Positions 27,126-42,790 of a stretch of 64,000 nt of DNA are shown here, in pieces. Source of the stretch: the human T2T-CHM13v2.0 reference genome, Homo sapiens; the NCBI RefSeq assembly GCF_009914755.1, contig NC_060926.1; one strand, 5' to 3'. Every line of letters begins with the position of its first letter. Position 1 is the first letter of the stretch. Made by a program: the position numbers and the translations under genes. The notes beneath the pieces are model-generated. The model made no database searches, had not been told where the DNA came from, and saw only the letters and a list, made by a program, of their open reading frames with translations.

Positions 27126-27411
27126 ACGGAACTGGCCTCCTGTCAGTTTCTGAATCGCCCCCGTGGCCGTGGATCCACCCACAGCCTTCATCTCTGCCTT
27201 GGGCTCTTGCTTCCTTCACTGCCTGTCTCCACGTGGATCCCAGGCCTCCCTGGGAGCTCCCAGCTGGGAGGTAAGGTGCAGGAGGCCTAATTCCCCACAC
27301 CCCCTCAAACACATAACTTATATGTTTTTAAATGAAAGGATAGAGAACAAAAGGGAATTACAAGCAGGAGTGAATAATTTGAAGCTGAAGCTAAATATAA
27401 TTGCTCTGGAA

Positions 27412-27673
27412 CACTGTTCCTCAACCTTTTTTCTTTCCTTATCACCCTTCCCCCAAAGGAGACCTTTAGACATTTTTTTTTTCCTAATTGTACTCCACCC
27501 CAACCTTTACTCCACTCATGAAATTTAAACTCCACAGATACACTGTATATTTGCTTATTTACTGTGGCCATTGGGAAGGCCACAAGCCATTATAATATCT
27601 AAGATTTTGTTCATCCACTGAGAACCAATATTTGCCCCCTTGGAGATGATAACATTCCTATTGACAAATGCAT
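27412..27673 (-). mobile_element. hAT-Charlie MITE (Chap1-like)
   Basis: cactgttcctcaacc...ccacagatacactgtatat...ccattataatatctaagatttt...gcccccttgg...aaatgcat. Confidence 0.6.
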
Positions 27674-29119
27674 TTTCTAGTCTAGCAAGGTAAAATCAGT
27701 AAACAATGGGAACTGTTCATGGGTTCCTCTGTAGGCACACTGCCCTTCTCAACCTTGCTCCAATGTTACCAAGGCTTCTCTTGCCTCTTCTGTCTGAGAA
27801 TGGCCTATTCTTCAATTTTCTTAGTGCTGCTTCTCTGCTGCTCTAGTTTTTAGAAAAACTCCATCCCATTCTTTTACCCTCAGGTCTAGAAAGTGATAGA
27901 GGAAGAATAAAGCCACCTAAGAGATCTACAACTCTCTGTTTTCCTTCTTAGTTCCTTACCAACTGACTTCAGGGATGAAACTCTGCCAAAGAGGGAAATT
28001 ATATTAAAATCAGTACCAGATGCTTTCCTCCTTTTGTCTGACCAGGTAGTCTAATGATACCACAACAGCATTGCCCGAGGTCTGAGTTATTCAATCAAGA
28101 ATAGCCCCATAGGGACTTTATCAGGACAGTCAATGGGAACCTCCAACCCTTCAGGAAAGGTCCCCTCAAGGTTTCTTCACTGCCGAGATGTGCAGAAGTT
28201 TCTCATTCTCCCTGCAAGCTTTGTAGGGGTGAATATGAGAACATCTCCTTCACCTCCCTCTCCCGACACACCCTCCCTCCCCACACACAGACACCACAAA
28301 CACACACATGCAAGCATGCACAAAGAAAAAGCAACAATTCTCAGAGACTGAATAGAAACCTTTTTTTTTTTCCTAAATACAATTGGGAGTATTTGTCCAA
28401 ATTCCTGTGCCCACAAGGGAGACAGACTTTTACATTTTTTTATGCAGAACACTTTCATTTCCTTTCTCCTGTTGCCAGATAATACCCTAACTCCTGCTGT
28501 GAGAAGCCCATTAGAACATCTTGACAAACAACAGAACCCTCTACCCCAACTAGAACTGGAGCTGGAAATTAGAGCTTTTTCTTCACTTGGGGTCATTATT
28601 TCCTTCAGTGAGCTCTAAAGTAGAAGAGGAAGCTTAGGCCTTGTTAGCCTCCTGCCCACAGTAAACACCTGGAGAGATAATGGCAGGTGGTGTGCTAGGA
28701 AAGTATTGTGCTGCTAGTCACATTTTTTAAAAAATGGAAGTCTGTTTTATTAGGATGGTATATGTACTTTTGTGCCTCTTCTAAATGGAAAAATGGAAGA
28801 AATATCACTTAATTCATTGGATAAGATCTTATATCTAGCACAGTTGATGGATTACCAGCCAAGACTCAAAAGAGGCAGATGGCAAATGCTTGGGCTGAAA
28901 ATCATATCTCTAGCAGATCGGAAACGGTGGCTATATTACAATAACGTCAACCTGCCATGTTAGTGACTCCTACTTCCAGGCCTAGGAAAGATGTTAAAGG
29001 TATCCTAATCGAGCTTGCTCATCTATACTGAGGAGTGAGATCCAGAGGGGCATAACATGGTTTGTCCAGGGTCAGCCAGGTGAAACGGAAAAGAGCCAGA
29101 GCTCAAAACTAAGATCTGA

Positions 29120-29632
<513 letters not shown>

Positions 29633-30149
29633 TGAGATGTGTTAAATCTACAACAGAAAAATCTGAAAGGTCTGTCTGGGTTTAGGCTCCAATTTCCTGA
29701 AGAATTAAAAGAAGCAGGATGACCTTTTTGGCTTATGAATTGGAGTGGGGGTAGGAGAGACCAAAAAGGAGACCCGGAAGTTTAGGACAGCTTTCCTATG
29801 TTTTCAAGAGCCTCAGAGTGAGAACCCCAAAACATCTTCCTATGGCTGCCGTATGGCCAACATGAAAACTAAGTAAGGAAAAAAGGAAGCTAGGGGTGAG
29901 GGCAGGACAGATTTCCCTTTCCTTCTCGAGTTCCTCTTCTAGCATGTGAAACTCTAGAAGCAAGATTCAATGACATCAGCATCTTTGGTGAAAAGGCAGA
30001 CAGAAGTGGAGGGGTTACGAGAGAGGAATTAGCGACCTTGACGTGCCTGACCTAATGAATGCAGCGTAGGCATCCCACAGCTTTCTTAGTGGAAGCACCA
30101 TCTGAAGGTGGACTCAGTTGCAGGGTATGAGCCCAGATTAAGCTGTAAC

Positions 30150-30360
30150 TTGACCTAATTCAAAATAAAAAAATAGTAAGCTTTGATTATGTGCCAGGTA
30201 AGTGTTGTAGGAAATAGAAAGACAAATATGACATGGATTCTGATTTCAAGGGATTTATTATTATCTAGGAGACAGAGAGAGAGCTGTATACAAACTACAA
30301 AGATACAAGACAGAATGTGACTGTGCTATTAAAAAGTTAAAAACAAAGTTCTCTGGAAGC
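30150..30360 (-). mobile_element. L2 3' fragment
   Basis: tatgtgccagg...aagacaaatatgacatggattctgatttcaaggg. Confidence 0.55.
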
Positions 30361-30866
30361 CTGAGGCTATGGCTGCAAATGAGCTCTTAGCCAGTATCCT
30401 GTGCATTTGGGCCACTATCAGATGTTAGAGAAGGCAGAAGTGAAGGGCCTATGCTAGGGAGTAGGTGGAAGTAGTTGGGGGATTTGATGATAGAGAGGTT
30501 TTCCGTTGACTGAAGAAGCAGCTACTTCTAAGTAGTCATTTGTCATCATCGAGGTCAATTTTCAATTTTAGTTTATGTATTTGCATTCCTAGTTTTGGTG
30601 AAATCCCTCTTCCTACTCACAAATTTGTGCTTGTAAATGACCAGTTGTTCTTTTCACTTGGGCAGTTAAGCAACAAAAGGATTGCATGTGCAAATTCAGG
30701 GGTTTGGAGACAAACACAACGGTGCGGTGTTAGTGGTTGCGTAACTCCAAACTGGGAAATGGAAAAACTAAGAGACAACTGTGAAAATCATTACTAATGT
30801 TTTCTTTCTGAACTATCAAGAAATAAAATTATTTATTTGGTTTTTGGAACATGATAGATGGGGTAG

Positions 30867-31239
<373 letters not shown>

Positions 31240-31391
31240 TGACTCAGTAGGGTCTACATTAAAAATGAAAAAATACAACAACAACAAAAACCCAAATCAC
31301 AAGATCTGGAATATTTTTGGCCATTCCATTTCAGTATAAATGGGTCTAGAAATAAAACCTAGGCACACCCCGGATAGCGAGTTTGAGGTTT

Positions 31392-32236
31392 TGTATGGCA
31401 GAGATGGCCAATGATTCATCAAAACTTTACCCTCCTCTTTTCATAGTGGAGTTATTGCTGGGAGGTGGCTTCTAAGATGGAGGCTACATTTTTTAGCATG
31501 TCCTACCTTCCTGACTCCTTGCATCCAGGTGGTCATCGATAAAATGTGACAGAAGGTGTGCATGTCTCTTTTTCTAGGCCCAGACTTTTAAGAAATGAGT
31601 GGGGGCATCTTCATTTTCTCTTCCCCATCTGCTGGCTGAATGCAGATGGGTGGAACCACACGATGGAAATAGCCTGGGTTTTTTAATAATCACATGAAGG
31701 AAAGCTGCCTACAAACCAGGCACACTTGCATTGAAGTATTACGTGAATGAGAAACAGAATTCTAGTTTTAGGTAAATTTTATCTGCTACCTGTAGAGCTA
31801 CAGGGGTCTTCTGTGGTGAGCTTCTCTGGAGGAAGAGCATCCTTCCTGTCCACTGATGTTGGGCTTGGTCATCTGACGTGCTTTGGCTAGTGGAATGTGA
31901 GCAGACGTGATGTAGACCACATTCCAGCAGAAGCTTCAAGAGCTATTGCATGATTCCACCATGATCCTTTCTCCTGTTCTAGAACAGCATTTAGCCTGGA
32001 TCCCATATACAGAAGGGACATTTAGGCTGGATCCCAGATAAAGAAGACAAGTGGAGCAGAGGAGCGACTGACACGCAGCTAACATATTCCATAGCAAAAC
32101 ATAAACCTTTGCGGTTGATATGGGGATTGCTTGTCACAGGAGAATAACCTAGCAAAAGCTGACCAACAGATTGTGCTAAACCACTGACATTTTAATAGTT
32201 ATCTAGGCTAGCATTTGGTGTTACCCTACCAAACTA
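31392..32236 (+). mobile_element. MLT1 MaLR LTR (MLT1J-like) with a second MLT1 LTR (MLT1I-like, ~31791-32168) nested near its 3' end
   Basis: Outer: tggcagagatggcc...aatcacatgaaggaaagctgcc, resuming tgtgctaaaccactgacattt; inner: tggaatgtgagcagacgtgatg...aacctagcaaaagctgac. Confidence 0.65.
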
Positions 32237-32357
32237 GAAGGATTAAGTGTGTGGTAAACTGGGGAGTGGGTAACAGTGAACAAGATATCATAAAACATTT
32301 CTGTTTTAAAGTACAATTAAATGCAAAATACTCTAATGGAATTAAAAGTCATAGTAA

Positions 32358-32565
32358 ACCAGCCTGAGCAACATGGCGAGACCCTATCTCTACAAAAAAA
32401 CACAAAAAATTTAGCCAAGTGTGGTGGCACACACCTGTAGTCCCAGGTACTCAGGAGGATGAGGTGGGAGGATCACTTGAGCCCAGGAGGTTGAGGCTGC
32501 AGTGAACCCTGATTGTGCTACTGCACTCCAGCCTGGGCAATAAGTGTGACCTTGTCTCAAAAAAA
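32358..32565 (+). mobile_element. 5'-truncated AluJ
   Basis: Starts at accagcctgagcaac; ggaggatcacttgagcccaggaggttgaggctgcagtga. Confidence 0.9.
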
Positions 32566-33999
32566 TTATTAAATATTAATTGACAAATCACAACCTGGTA
32601 AAACGGCAGACCAATAAATTCATTTTCAAACACAAATTGAATAATGCAACATTAAGGTAATGGACCACTCTCTGGCTCCATGGAGCTATCTGACTTCTGC
32701 CAATTGAAAGTTCTTGGCAGAATCTGAAGAGGTGGGTGGATTGATGCCTAAACATAGAGATGATCCTATAAAGATTCCTCTGTTTCTGCAACCCCAGTAC
32801 AACCTGACTCTGCCCACAACTCCCTTCATGGAATGTCATAGGAGAAGGATACCAGAAGGGTACAGATAGGGTGATGCAACAAAGATGCATTTAAACTTGT
32901 CATTTTTGCACAAGACTGAACCCTTCACAGGGACTAACTATTGAAGAAAAGGGCAGGGTCATTTTGGAGCTCCAGGACACCTGGAGATGGCATACCTGGT
33001 GAGTGTCTGGAGATGGGATGTGGGAAGGGGTAGAAAGAAAAGCTTGTGATGGAACCAAAGTGATACAACTGCCCAGAGGCCCTAATCAGCTGATACCTGG
33101 GGACCTTGGGCAGGTTACTCTTGTCCCTCACTTGATCAACAGGATGGTTATGAATAAGAGATGAGTAATTTTAAATATAATTTAAAAATGTTGTCATAAG
33201 AAAAAAAAATGAAAATATGCTCCGCTGGTTGAAAAAAAGTCTGTTGTATTGTTTTCTTTTTTCCTTTATTTCATTATGACCAGGGAATTTATTTCCACAA
33301 ACAATAAGTTTATAAAAAATAGTGAAGACATAAAAATAGTTATTCATAAGCTAGAGAATAATAATGTCCTTGGTGATGTCTGATTGAGTTGCAGAAGGCA
33401 TGAGTTTGCCACCAACAGCTCAGTCACCTCCATGCTCTCCACCACAGGAATGTGGGATGAGGGGGTCTTGTCATACGCGGTGCTACCCAGCTCTTTTAAA
33501 AATCTGGTTGGCTCTGTCACATCATACTCTGGCTGTGGTTTCCCTTGGGTGACACTGACCATTCATTCAACATATTCCATTTGGCAGATATCTTCCATTT
33601 TTACCCTAGTGACAGTCTTTTACAATTACTTAACTTGGCAGCCTCTTTGCGATGTTAATGGTTGTTTTCTAAACAGGAAAGGTGGATGGTGACAAGGACC
33701 TGGCTTAGCTCCTCACTGCATATCATATCACATCCCATTTTGGCTGATCATCGAAAACACTCCCGAACCATGCCATCAGCTCCAAAGTTTATTTGAAGAA
33801 ATTTATATGGAAAGTTAACTATATTACTACGAGACTAGTCTTAATTTCTTCCTTGTTTTATTAAGAAATTAAATGTATGAAAATTAGGAGGTTAGTGTAT
33901 CATGGGAGTTGAAACCGTGGCAGCAGCATGTAAAGTCTATGTCTGGGAATGGTTGAGGCCAAGAGTCAGACCGTGCAATGCTTAGTATTGCGGATTTCA

Positions 34000-34350
<351 letters not shown>

Positions 34351-34994
34351 AAGATAACTAGGCAATAGTTTTGCCCCTTTCTTTCTGTTCTTTCACTTGT
34401 AAGGTAGTTAATAAAGTCCATTTAGTTACTACCAAAAATGCATTTAAAAGTGTTAAACTACAGCCAAAGATTTATTCTTTTAAAATGCATTGAAATGTTT
34501 TAAAATACAGCAAAAGATTTATTTTTTTTTAAATACCAAATATTGGTGTCAACATAGCACAATTATTGTAATTCAAACTTTGGATTTTGTTGGAAGTGTT
34601 TTTGCATTCGTATTACTATTATGTACTTCCAGCCTGACCTTTCTCTTTTCCTAGAAGAGCAAATTGGAGTTAGAGGTGAGGGAAGTGGCAAAACAGGAGG
34701 CTATAAAATTGATGAACAGCCTGTAGGGACGCAAGAAACTAAATATTGATCTTTGTTCTTTCAGTGAGGACTCTTGCGTTTCTAAGGATGTCATTACAGC
34801 CATGGCAGTATGGGTTCATCCGATCTGCTATTCAGCTGTGGTTGCTCTCGGCATTGAAAGGACGCTTTGTTCATGGGGTCAGCTGATGACCAGGGAGTTT
34901 TCTAAAGTGAGACTTACAGTGAGAAAATTCCTCTCCAGGTGTTATGTGAGATATTTGGGGTATGTAGGACTGTGAGGTAAGGAATACAGTTTGC

Positions 34995-35710
34995 TTTAAA
35001 AAATGACACAACTAAAAAAAATGGCATAGCTTATACATTCAAATTAGTGCTATTCTTCCAGGAATCATAGTGGGAGATATGAACTTATCCTAGTAAAGAC
35101 ACCATTTTGCAAAGCATTTTGGAACTCTTTATCTTAGAGTTGCCTTCAGAACCAAGGTTAGGGTCTGCAGACCACTCGGGACTAAATACTTAGTGTTTTA
35201 CTTCAATTTTTAGCCACGACACAGAAGGTTGATTAGTTATTTTTCTCCCTTCTAGATTTAACTCCAAATAACTTGGGGTATTTAAAAAAATTAAATCTAT
35301 TCATTTACTCCTTCATCCATAGATTCATTTTTTCAATAAGTACTCATTGAATGCCCCTGCATGTCAGGCTCTGTGTTAGAAGTTGAGGATTCTGTGATGC
35401 ATAAGACAGATACAGTTCCTGCTCTCTTGGAGCTGATATAATAAGAAAGACAGACCAAAACCACCCCCGCCACAACATCTAACAAACAAATTAATAAAAC
35501 ACTTCAGAGTTGGGATAAGAGGTATGAAGGCAACAGATAAGGGACTGAGCTAGAGAAATAACAAGAAGAGAAATGTAGGCTGGGTTGGAATGGGAATGGT
35601 GACATTTAAGCACAAATTCAACCTTAAAGGAGGTATCTTTGCCACCACTGGGAGTGTTTACAGGAATAAACTTTAATTTTGAAGGACAAATTTCTCCATT
35701 GTGTAGATAT
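34995..35710. mobile_element. Ancient mariner relic (MARNA-like), interrupted by an L2 fragment
   Basis: gcattttggaactcttt...ttgccttcaga (antisense transposase C-terminus); ctagatttaactccaaataacttgggg reads DLTPNNLG, like mariner YSPDLAPxD; resumes accttaaagga...tttgccaccact. Confidence 0.55.
35300..35610 (-). mobile_element. L2 3' end
   Basis: attcatttactccttcatcc...tactcattgaatgcc...tgtcaggctctgtgttag...cagttcctgctctcttggagc. Confidence 0.75.
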
Positions 35711-35728
35711 CTTTCTTTCTTTGCAACT

Positions 35729-36007
35729 GAGACGGAGTCTCGCTCTGTCGCCCAGGCTAGAGTGCAGTGGTGCTATCTCGGCTCACTGCATGCTCCTCCT
35801 CCCGGGTTCATGCCATTCTCCTGCCTCAGCCACCTGAGTAGCTGGGACTACAGGCGCCCGCCACCATGCCTGGCTAATTTTTTGTATTTTTAGTAGAGAC
35901 GGGGTTTCACTGTGTTAGCCAGGATGGCTAACCTCCTGACCTCGTGATCTGCCTGCCTCGGCCTCCCAAAGTGCTGGGATTACAGGTGTGAGCCACTGCG
36001 CCCGGCC
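35729..36007 (-). mobile_element. AluY lacking a normal A tail and visible TSD
   Basis: Y-type ttcatgccattc, gttagccaggatgg, gacctcgtgat; body abuts ...ctttgcaact instead of poly(T). Confidence 0.92.
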
Positions 36008-36601
36008 TGGGGTGACATTTTGAAGCTATGTGAATTTCCTGTTTTCTGACAACATTTTAATGCCAAAAGATTTACCCAGTTTCATAGCGACTAAGTCACA
36101 GAACCGTGACTGTGGTAGGAAGCAATATCTCCTATTCTCAGTCTCATGCACTTCCACCCGGCCACACTTGTCCCATTCATAGTACATGGACATTTCAGGA
36201 GAGGTTTGGAGAAGTCAGGGTGCTAAGAAAATCTAGGTGCTATTTAGACCTTTATAGTTTATTAAATGAATTGAATAAGAAAAGTTTCATTAGAAGTTCT
36301 CATTTTGTGGGAAATAATTAGATTTCCCTTGATGTGGCTAAAGAATAAATGGCAATACTACTAGATAAGTAAATTATTGCTATTGTTACTCAAAAGAAAC
36401 AGATGTATGGCCAAGTTTCCTGCCCCCAAATATTCTTAAAGAAGTTGGATCCTGTTTCCTTTGCTGTTTGTCACTTTGAATGCCAGTGTAGATGTACTGG
36501 ATAAAGACTCCGCTGGGCATGAGTAAAAATATCTTTCTTTAGAATCATTAACCATAACTTTATATCAAGTGGATTAATGTTCACTTTTATTTTTTAAACC
36601 A

Positions 36602-36917
<316 letters not shown>

Positions 36918-37669
36918 TTAGGTGAATCAAATCCCTTTTACTGAGACTTTCTAACCCTTAGGAGCTGTCCCAAAGACTTCCTGTGGCAATGTAGTCTGTG
37001 GGGTAATTGTATTAGGATAATAGGGTTGAAACATATCATAATTTAATGAGTTTGTGGTTTTCTTACTCCCAGAATTAAAAAGAACCTCTATGAATGTCAA
37101 ATTTAGTAATTATCAAACTGAACAGACTTTGGCTCTATTTAACCAACGGGCACATAGTCTGTAGATAACAGCATGATTTGGTATTTATAAAGAGCCTATT
37201 CCCCCTGCTCCTACCCTTAGACACCAGAAATTCATTAAATGTAAAGCCTTACATAATTCTGTAAATAAACTCACTTATCTGGAATGTTCCTAGCCTCTAA
37301 ATTAGGTATTAAAGAAGAGATATCATTCTTTTGGGACAGGCCTTCGGCTTTCCCTAAAATGTAGTGGCTAGGTATGGCCCAGAATACAAACTGGCTAGAG
37401 TTTGATGGAATTTAATGAATAACAACAACAACAATAATAAAACGCCAGGTCTCCTTGGTGTGAGAGCAATAAACAATTAAATTCTTGGGAAAGAGATGAA
37501 AATAGGATCTAGTCCTTAAGTGGCCTAAGGCCTAGCAGATTCCTTCTGGCCTTAGGTTACATACATTTGGGTTGATTTGGATTAGAAACATGAAAGTACA
37601 AATTTTGCCTTTAATTACATATTTTTTTCAGTAGTACTCTTGCTAAATGTCCAAAGAAATATAGAGCTA

Positions 37670-37870
37670 GACAATAATAATAGCTTAGATTCATGTCGCA
37701 AGTGTTTTACATGGATATCTTTTAACCCTCACAAATAACCCCAGAAGGGATACTATTATTATTTTCCCCTTTGAAAGATAAAGAAACTGGGATCCAGATA
37801 TGCTAGGCAACATCCTGTAGAATAATCTGGCTGCAAACCCAAACAAACAGAATGACTGCAGAGTCTGAGA
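37670..37870 (-). mobile_element. MIR SINE
   Basis: taaccctcacaaataacccc...tactattattattttcccc...agataaagaaactggg. Confidence 0.7.
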
Positions 37871-37938
37871 TGATAAGGACAGGTAATACCATCTCCCAAA
37901 CTCTGCTGCCTCTCCACTAAGGGGTAGCAGATTGATAG

Positions 37939-38907
<969 letters not shown>

Positions 38908-39517
38908 TTACCTTCACTTCTGGGACTTCGCCAATGGCCAGTGCTCTTCTGAACTCCACATAGTGAAAGACAAATAGCATTCTTTCCAGTCAGTGTGCTC
39001 ATTTGCTACTCCTTCTGCATTTCTCCCTAGGGGCCAAAATTCCTGGCAAAGAAAAATAAAACCAGGATCATAGCCATAGAAATCAGATTATAAAATTGCT
39101 TCCTATCTGAATTCATATTCTAACCTTTCTTTAGTGCTTTCATAAACCCCTCCCAGACTGATAGAATTATCTTTTTTATGACTCATGGATATATTTTACT
39201 TTGCCATTTTTATCCTCTTTACTTTGAGGGAGAAGATCAGATGATGAAGAAGATTCACCCTGTAGTGCTACATAAGATTTTATTTTACCCTAACATGTGG
39301 ACTATGGACCTAAAAAAAGAAATATGTTCAGCTTAGTATTATGTATAAGAAATACTTTTCAAAGTTTTACAAAAACATAATCCAATGATAAATTTTATTC
39401 ATTTAAAAAGCATTTGTTGAATTCTTTCTAGGTGTCAAGCACTGCAGTAGATTCTGAAGATACAAAAATAAATAAAACATTCCTGCCCTCAAGACACTTA
39501 CACTCTTATGTGTAACA

Positions 39518-39646
39518 CTGTGTGACCATTCATCTGGGCCTTCCTGAGACAGTCTTGGTTTACACCTGTTTTCCCAATGTAAGTATAAATAGCAACCCCT
39601 TTCACTCTCAAGTGTTCCTTTTTAGATGATAAATTATATATACCCT
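39518..39646 (-). mobile_element. MER94-like MITE (hAT-Blackjack)
   Basis: gtgaccattcatc...ggtttacacctgtt...ccctttcactctcaagtg...gatgataaattatata..accct. Confidence 0.7.
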
Positions 39647-42012
39647 AGTAATAATATTTCCCACTAGATGATGTTTTTAAAATACTTGTAATTCTTGGAT
39701 ATAAATAAAAAGTACAAACAGCGAAGGACCAAAAATGTACTTGACACTCTGTCTTCATTTTGGAATCACTATTTCTGTCACTGAGCGTCAGTTTAAGTCA
39801 GTTCATTGGGAAAATGTGAACTTGGTTCACATTATTTTTGTTGTGGTTTTACATTATTTTACAAAATGCAGCTGCTGTCCAATCTCTATAGGGAGGAAGA
39901 AATGAATGGCTAGAAAACTTAAGAAGATGAGAGAATACTGCAATAAATGGAGATCAGAGTATGTATCATATCATATACTCAACTCCAGTTTTGGTACAGG
40001 CCAAAGATGAATAGGGCACAGAGGTCTTTAAGGGCAAAAGCAGTGTCAGGTAGAGCAGCCAAAGCAATGGCTGAAGGCAGTTGTTGTCAAGGACCTCTGA
40101 TCTTAGAACTCAATGTGGCATGTGGCTTTCCCTCAGACTCTGGTTTCTATTCCATTTCTAAAAACACCCAACTCAATGGTTTTTAAAACTATCCGCAATG
40201 TACTTTTGTGAAAGGTTGGTGTTTGCAGAACTTCTCATTACACATCATTCTATGTACTGTTGTCTGAATATGTATACGTATGTATTTTGATATTGAAGAC
40301 AGACTATTTTTAGTTTCCTTTGGATATGTTTGGAGAAACTCCTAACTGTTGCTATGCTGCTATGGAAACGGTATCCACGTATACTGACATGTTTACAATT
40401 GCTTAAAACACTATAAACTTTCCAGGGCAAAGGCAAACAGCTTACTTCTATCAAAGTTGCTCCATGCTTTCCTTTTTTTATTAGTTTATTTATTACTCTC
40501 AGCCCCATGTTGGAATCTGTTTCATCTGTGCCTGCATTAAAGAGATTTTTTTTTTTTGCTGACCCACATATTCGTTTAATTGATTTCACATTCACAACTA
40601 TAGTGGCGCTGAAAGCCAGTGAAAAATTTTCCCCGAAATAAAAAATATTCCTTGTTAGGAATTAAGAATTGAATACCTGCTATTTTCCCAGAAGAAAAAT
40701 GGAAAGAATACTTCTTGAGAGTATGTTGACAGTCTGTCTAGAATTTTCAAGTGTAGGAGACTTTGAAAGTAGCTTAAATGTAACGATTGTAATTACTATT
40801 TGTGTATACAAAATGAATTTAAGGACTATTCTAATTGCTAGGAAACATGCAAACCTAAAAAGGAGGTTTATTGCTTTTTTTCAAGCATAGGAAAAACTAG
40901 GTGGCTGAGAATCTTTACAATTTTTGGAGAAAAGAATCTTAACAAAACCACAGGAATGAAAGTGAATAAGAACCTGTTTGTTTGAAGACATCAGAAAAGT
41001 GGTTTTTGTCAGGGCTGTTTTCTAGGAGTCAAAAAATATTTGAAAGTAGAATCTATAATTGTGACTCATACAGCAGTGGGTCCTGATTACATAAAAAAGG
41101 CACACACGCTCTAGTAGAGCATATTTTTTAATAGAATTTTAAACCCAGAGTACTTTCTCCTTTAAAATCTCTTTTCCAAAATTTGATACCTATTTTGCGT
41201 AAGTGTACAGTAAAACAAATTTAGGCTGTCATGATGGAGTCTACTTTCCTCTCTCTTCTACTGAAATCTCCTTTTTGTCATCTTCTTGAAATGGTCATTT
41301 TAAGTCACACATAAAAAAACAAAACAAAACAGCAAATAGAAGTTTTATGGGAATGGAAATGATTCACGGAGAGCTGGTTGCAGCAGGGAACTGGGCCTCG
41401 CTTGCATCTGGAGATCAGGGCTCTGTAGAGCCAGTACTTGCCCCTGACCCAGCCCCCTTTCCAGCAGTGTTTATATGCTTTCTCTGCTTCAGCTGATCAG
41501 AGGATATTCCATTCTAAGCCTTTCATGGGACAATGTTTATGTGATTTTTTTTTTCTTCTTCTTTGTGGGGAGGATTCCTCCCTGCCTCTTGGAGCTTAGC
41601 AGCACTAAGAAATGTCATCCTAAGGTCACATTTAGATTAAAACCCAGTAAAACCTGATGGACTTGTTATAGCAAGTGACTGTGAGGGACACTCACAGTAT
41701 GATGACTGTGGCTTGCTAGTCTACCATGGGGACAGGAATGAGGGTGGGTCACAGGAGGTCCTAACGGGGAGGCAAATCTGCTTTAGCAGCAGCTCGTTTC
41801 AAGAGGCTGGGTGTTGCGGCATTAATTCTCCTGGGTTGGGAGCCTGGGCAGGGTGGGTGTCAAGTGGCTCTGGCAACTGGACCCCTTCGGGGTTGCCCTC
41901 AGGATCAGGATGAAAAGGGGGAAGTCAGGCTGGAGCAGCAGCGCGGTTCACGCAGAGAGCACCCCAGGCAGCCACGAACTGGCTTGCTCCGTTCAGATTT
42001 CTCTTAAACAGC

Positions 42013-42196
42013 AGTTTTCCGTTTCTGTTCTATGGCCTCTGAGGGAATTTCCCAAATTAACCTTCACTAAGCTTTCCTGAGGGACTGTTTTTGAGCGCTG
42101 ATGGGGGAATTTCCCCCTTTTGACCACACTGTTGCCCGGAGACTTGTTGCTGCTCTTCATCTGGGGATTTTCTCACTGGCATTTTGCTACTTCCTG
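42013..42196. promoter_or_regulatory. Candidate NF-kB-responsive enhancer (kB x3, IRF-like, RUNX, ETS)
   Basis: GGGAATTTCCC 42043-42053; GGGGGAATTTCCCCC 42103-42117; GGGGATTTTC 42163-42172; GAAACGGAAAACT on - strand 42013-42025; TGACCACA 42121-42128; ACTTCCTG 42189-42196; non-repeat DNA. Confidence 0.65.
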
Positions 42197-42539
42197 TTTC
42201 CCAAGAGTCTCTGCTCTCTGGGAACTGAAGATTTATCAAGAGAAGGGGACAAACAGCCTTTAGGAAAAAGGGGAGGAGGGTGTATTTAATACAGTGGTGC
42301 TTTTCTTCCCCTCCTTTAGTTCTTTGCTACAGTAACATTGGATTTGAAAATCAGGCCCAGGGAGCTTGCTGAGAGCTTCGGATTGATTACGCTAAACATT
42401 CCACAGGAACTTGAGTTGTACGGTGTAATCACAAATCACATAAATGATTGTTTTATTAGAATATCTATCCTCTATTTGGGATGGATAGAAACCCCTGTGT
42501 TAAAAGAAACCACTAAAGAAATCATTACTCCTTTTACTT

Positions 42540-42790
42540 AGTGAAAATGCACTACCACTTGTTGAATGTTTCCTGTGTGTCAGCCATGGCACTGGGGCTT
42601 TGCATACATTTCTCGTCTGATGCTAGCAACAACCTGGAGGAGTAGGGCTTATTCAGACTCATTTAATAGATGAGCGAACCAAGCCTCGAAGAGGCTCTGA
42701 GAGGTTAACTGACAACCACATTTTCCCGGCTGGTATTAAGCAAAGCTCCAATTCTGTGGATTCCTAAAGCCTATGCTCATATTTACTCAG
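42540..42790 (-). mobile_element. MIR SINE
   Basis: cacttgttgaatg...ggcactggggctttgcatac...caacaacctgg...tagatgag...gagaggttaactgac. Confidence 0.7.

Noticed and set aside
33344-33692. Overlapping 72-aa and 102-aa ORFs in unique DNA
   Set aside because: No recognisable homology, splice structure or coding bias
40595-40612. CTCF-like caactatagtggcgctg
   Set aside because: Spacing between AG and GGCGC is one base short of the core and the 5' CC is missing
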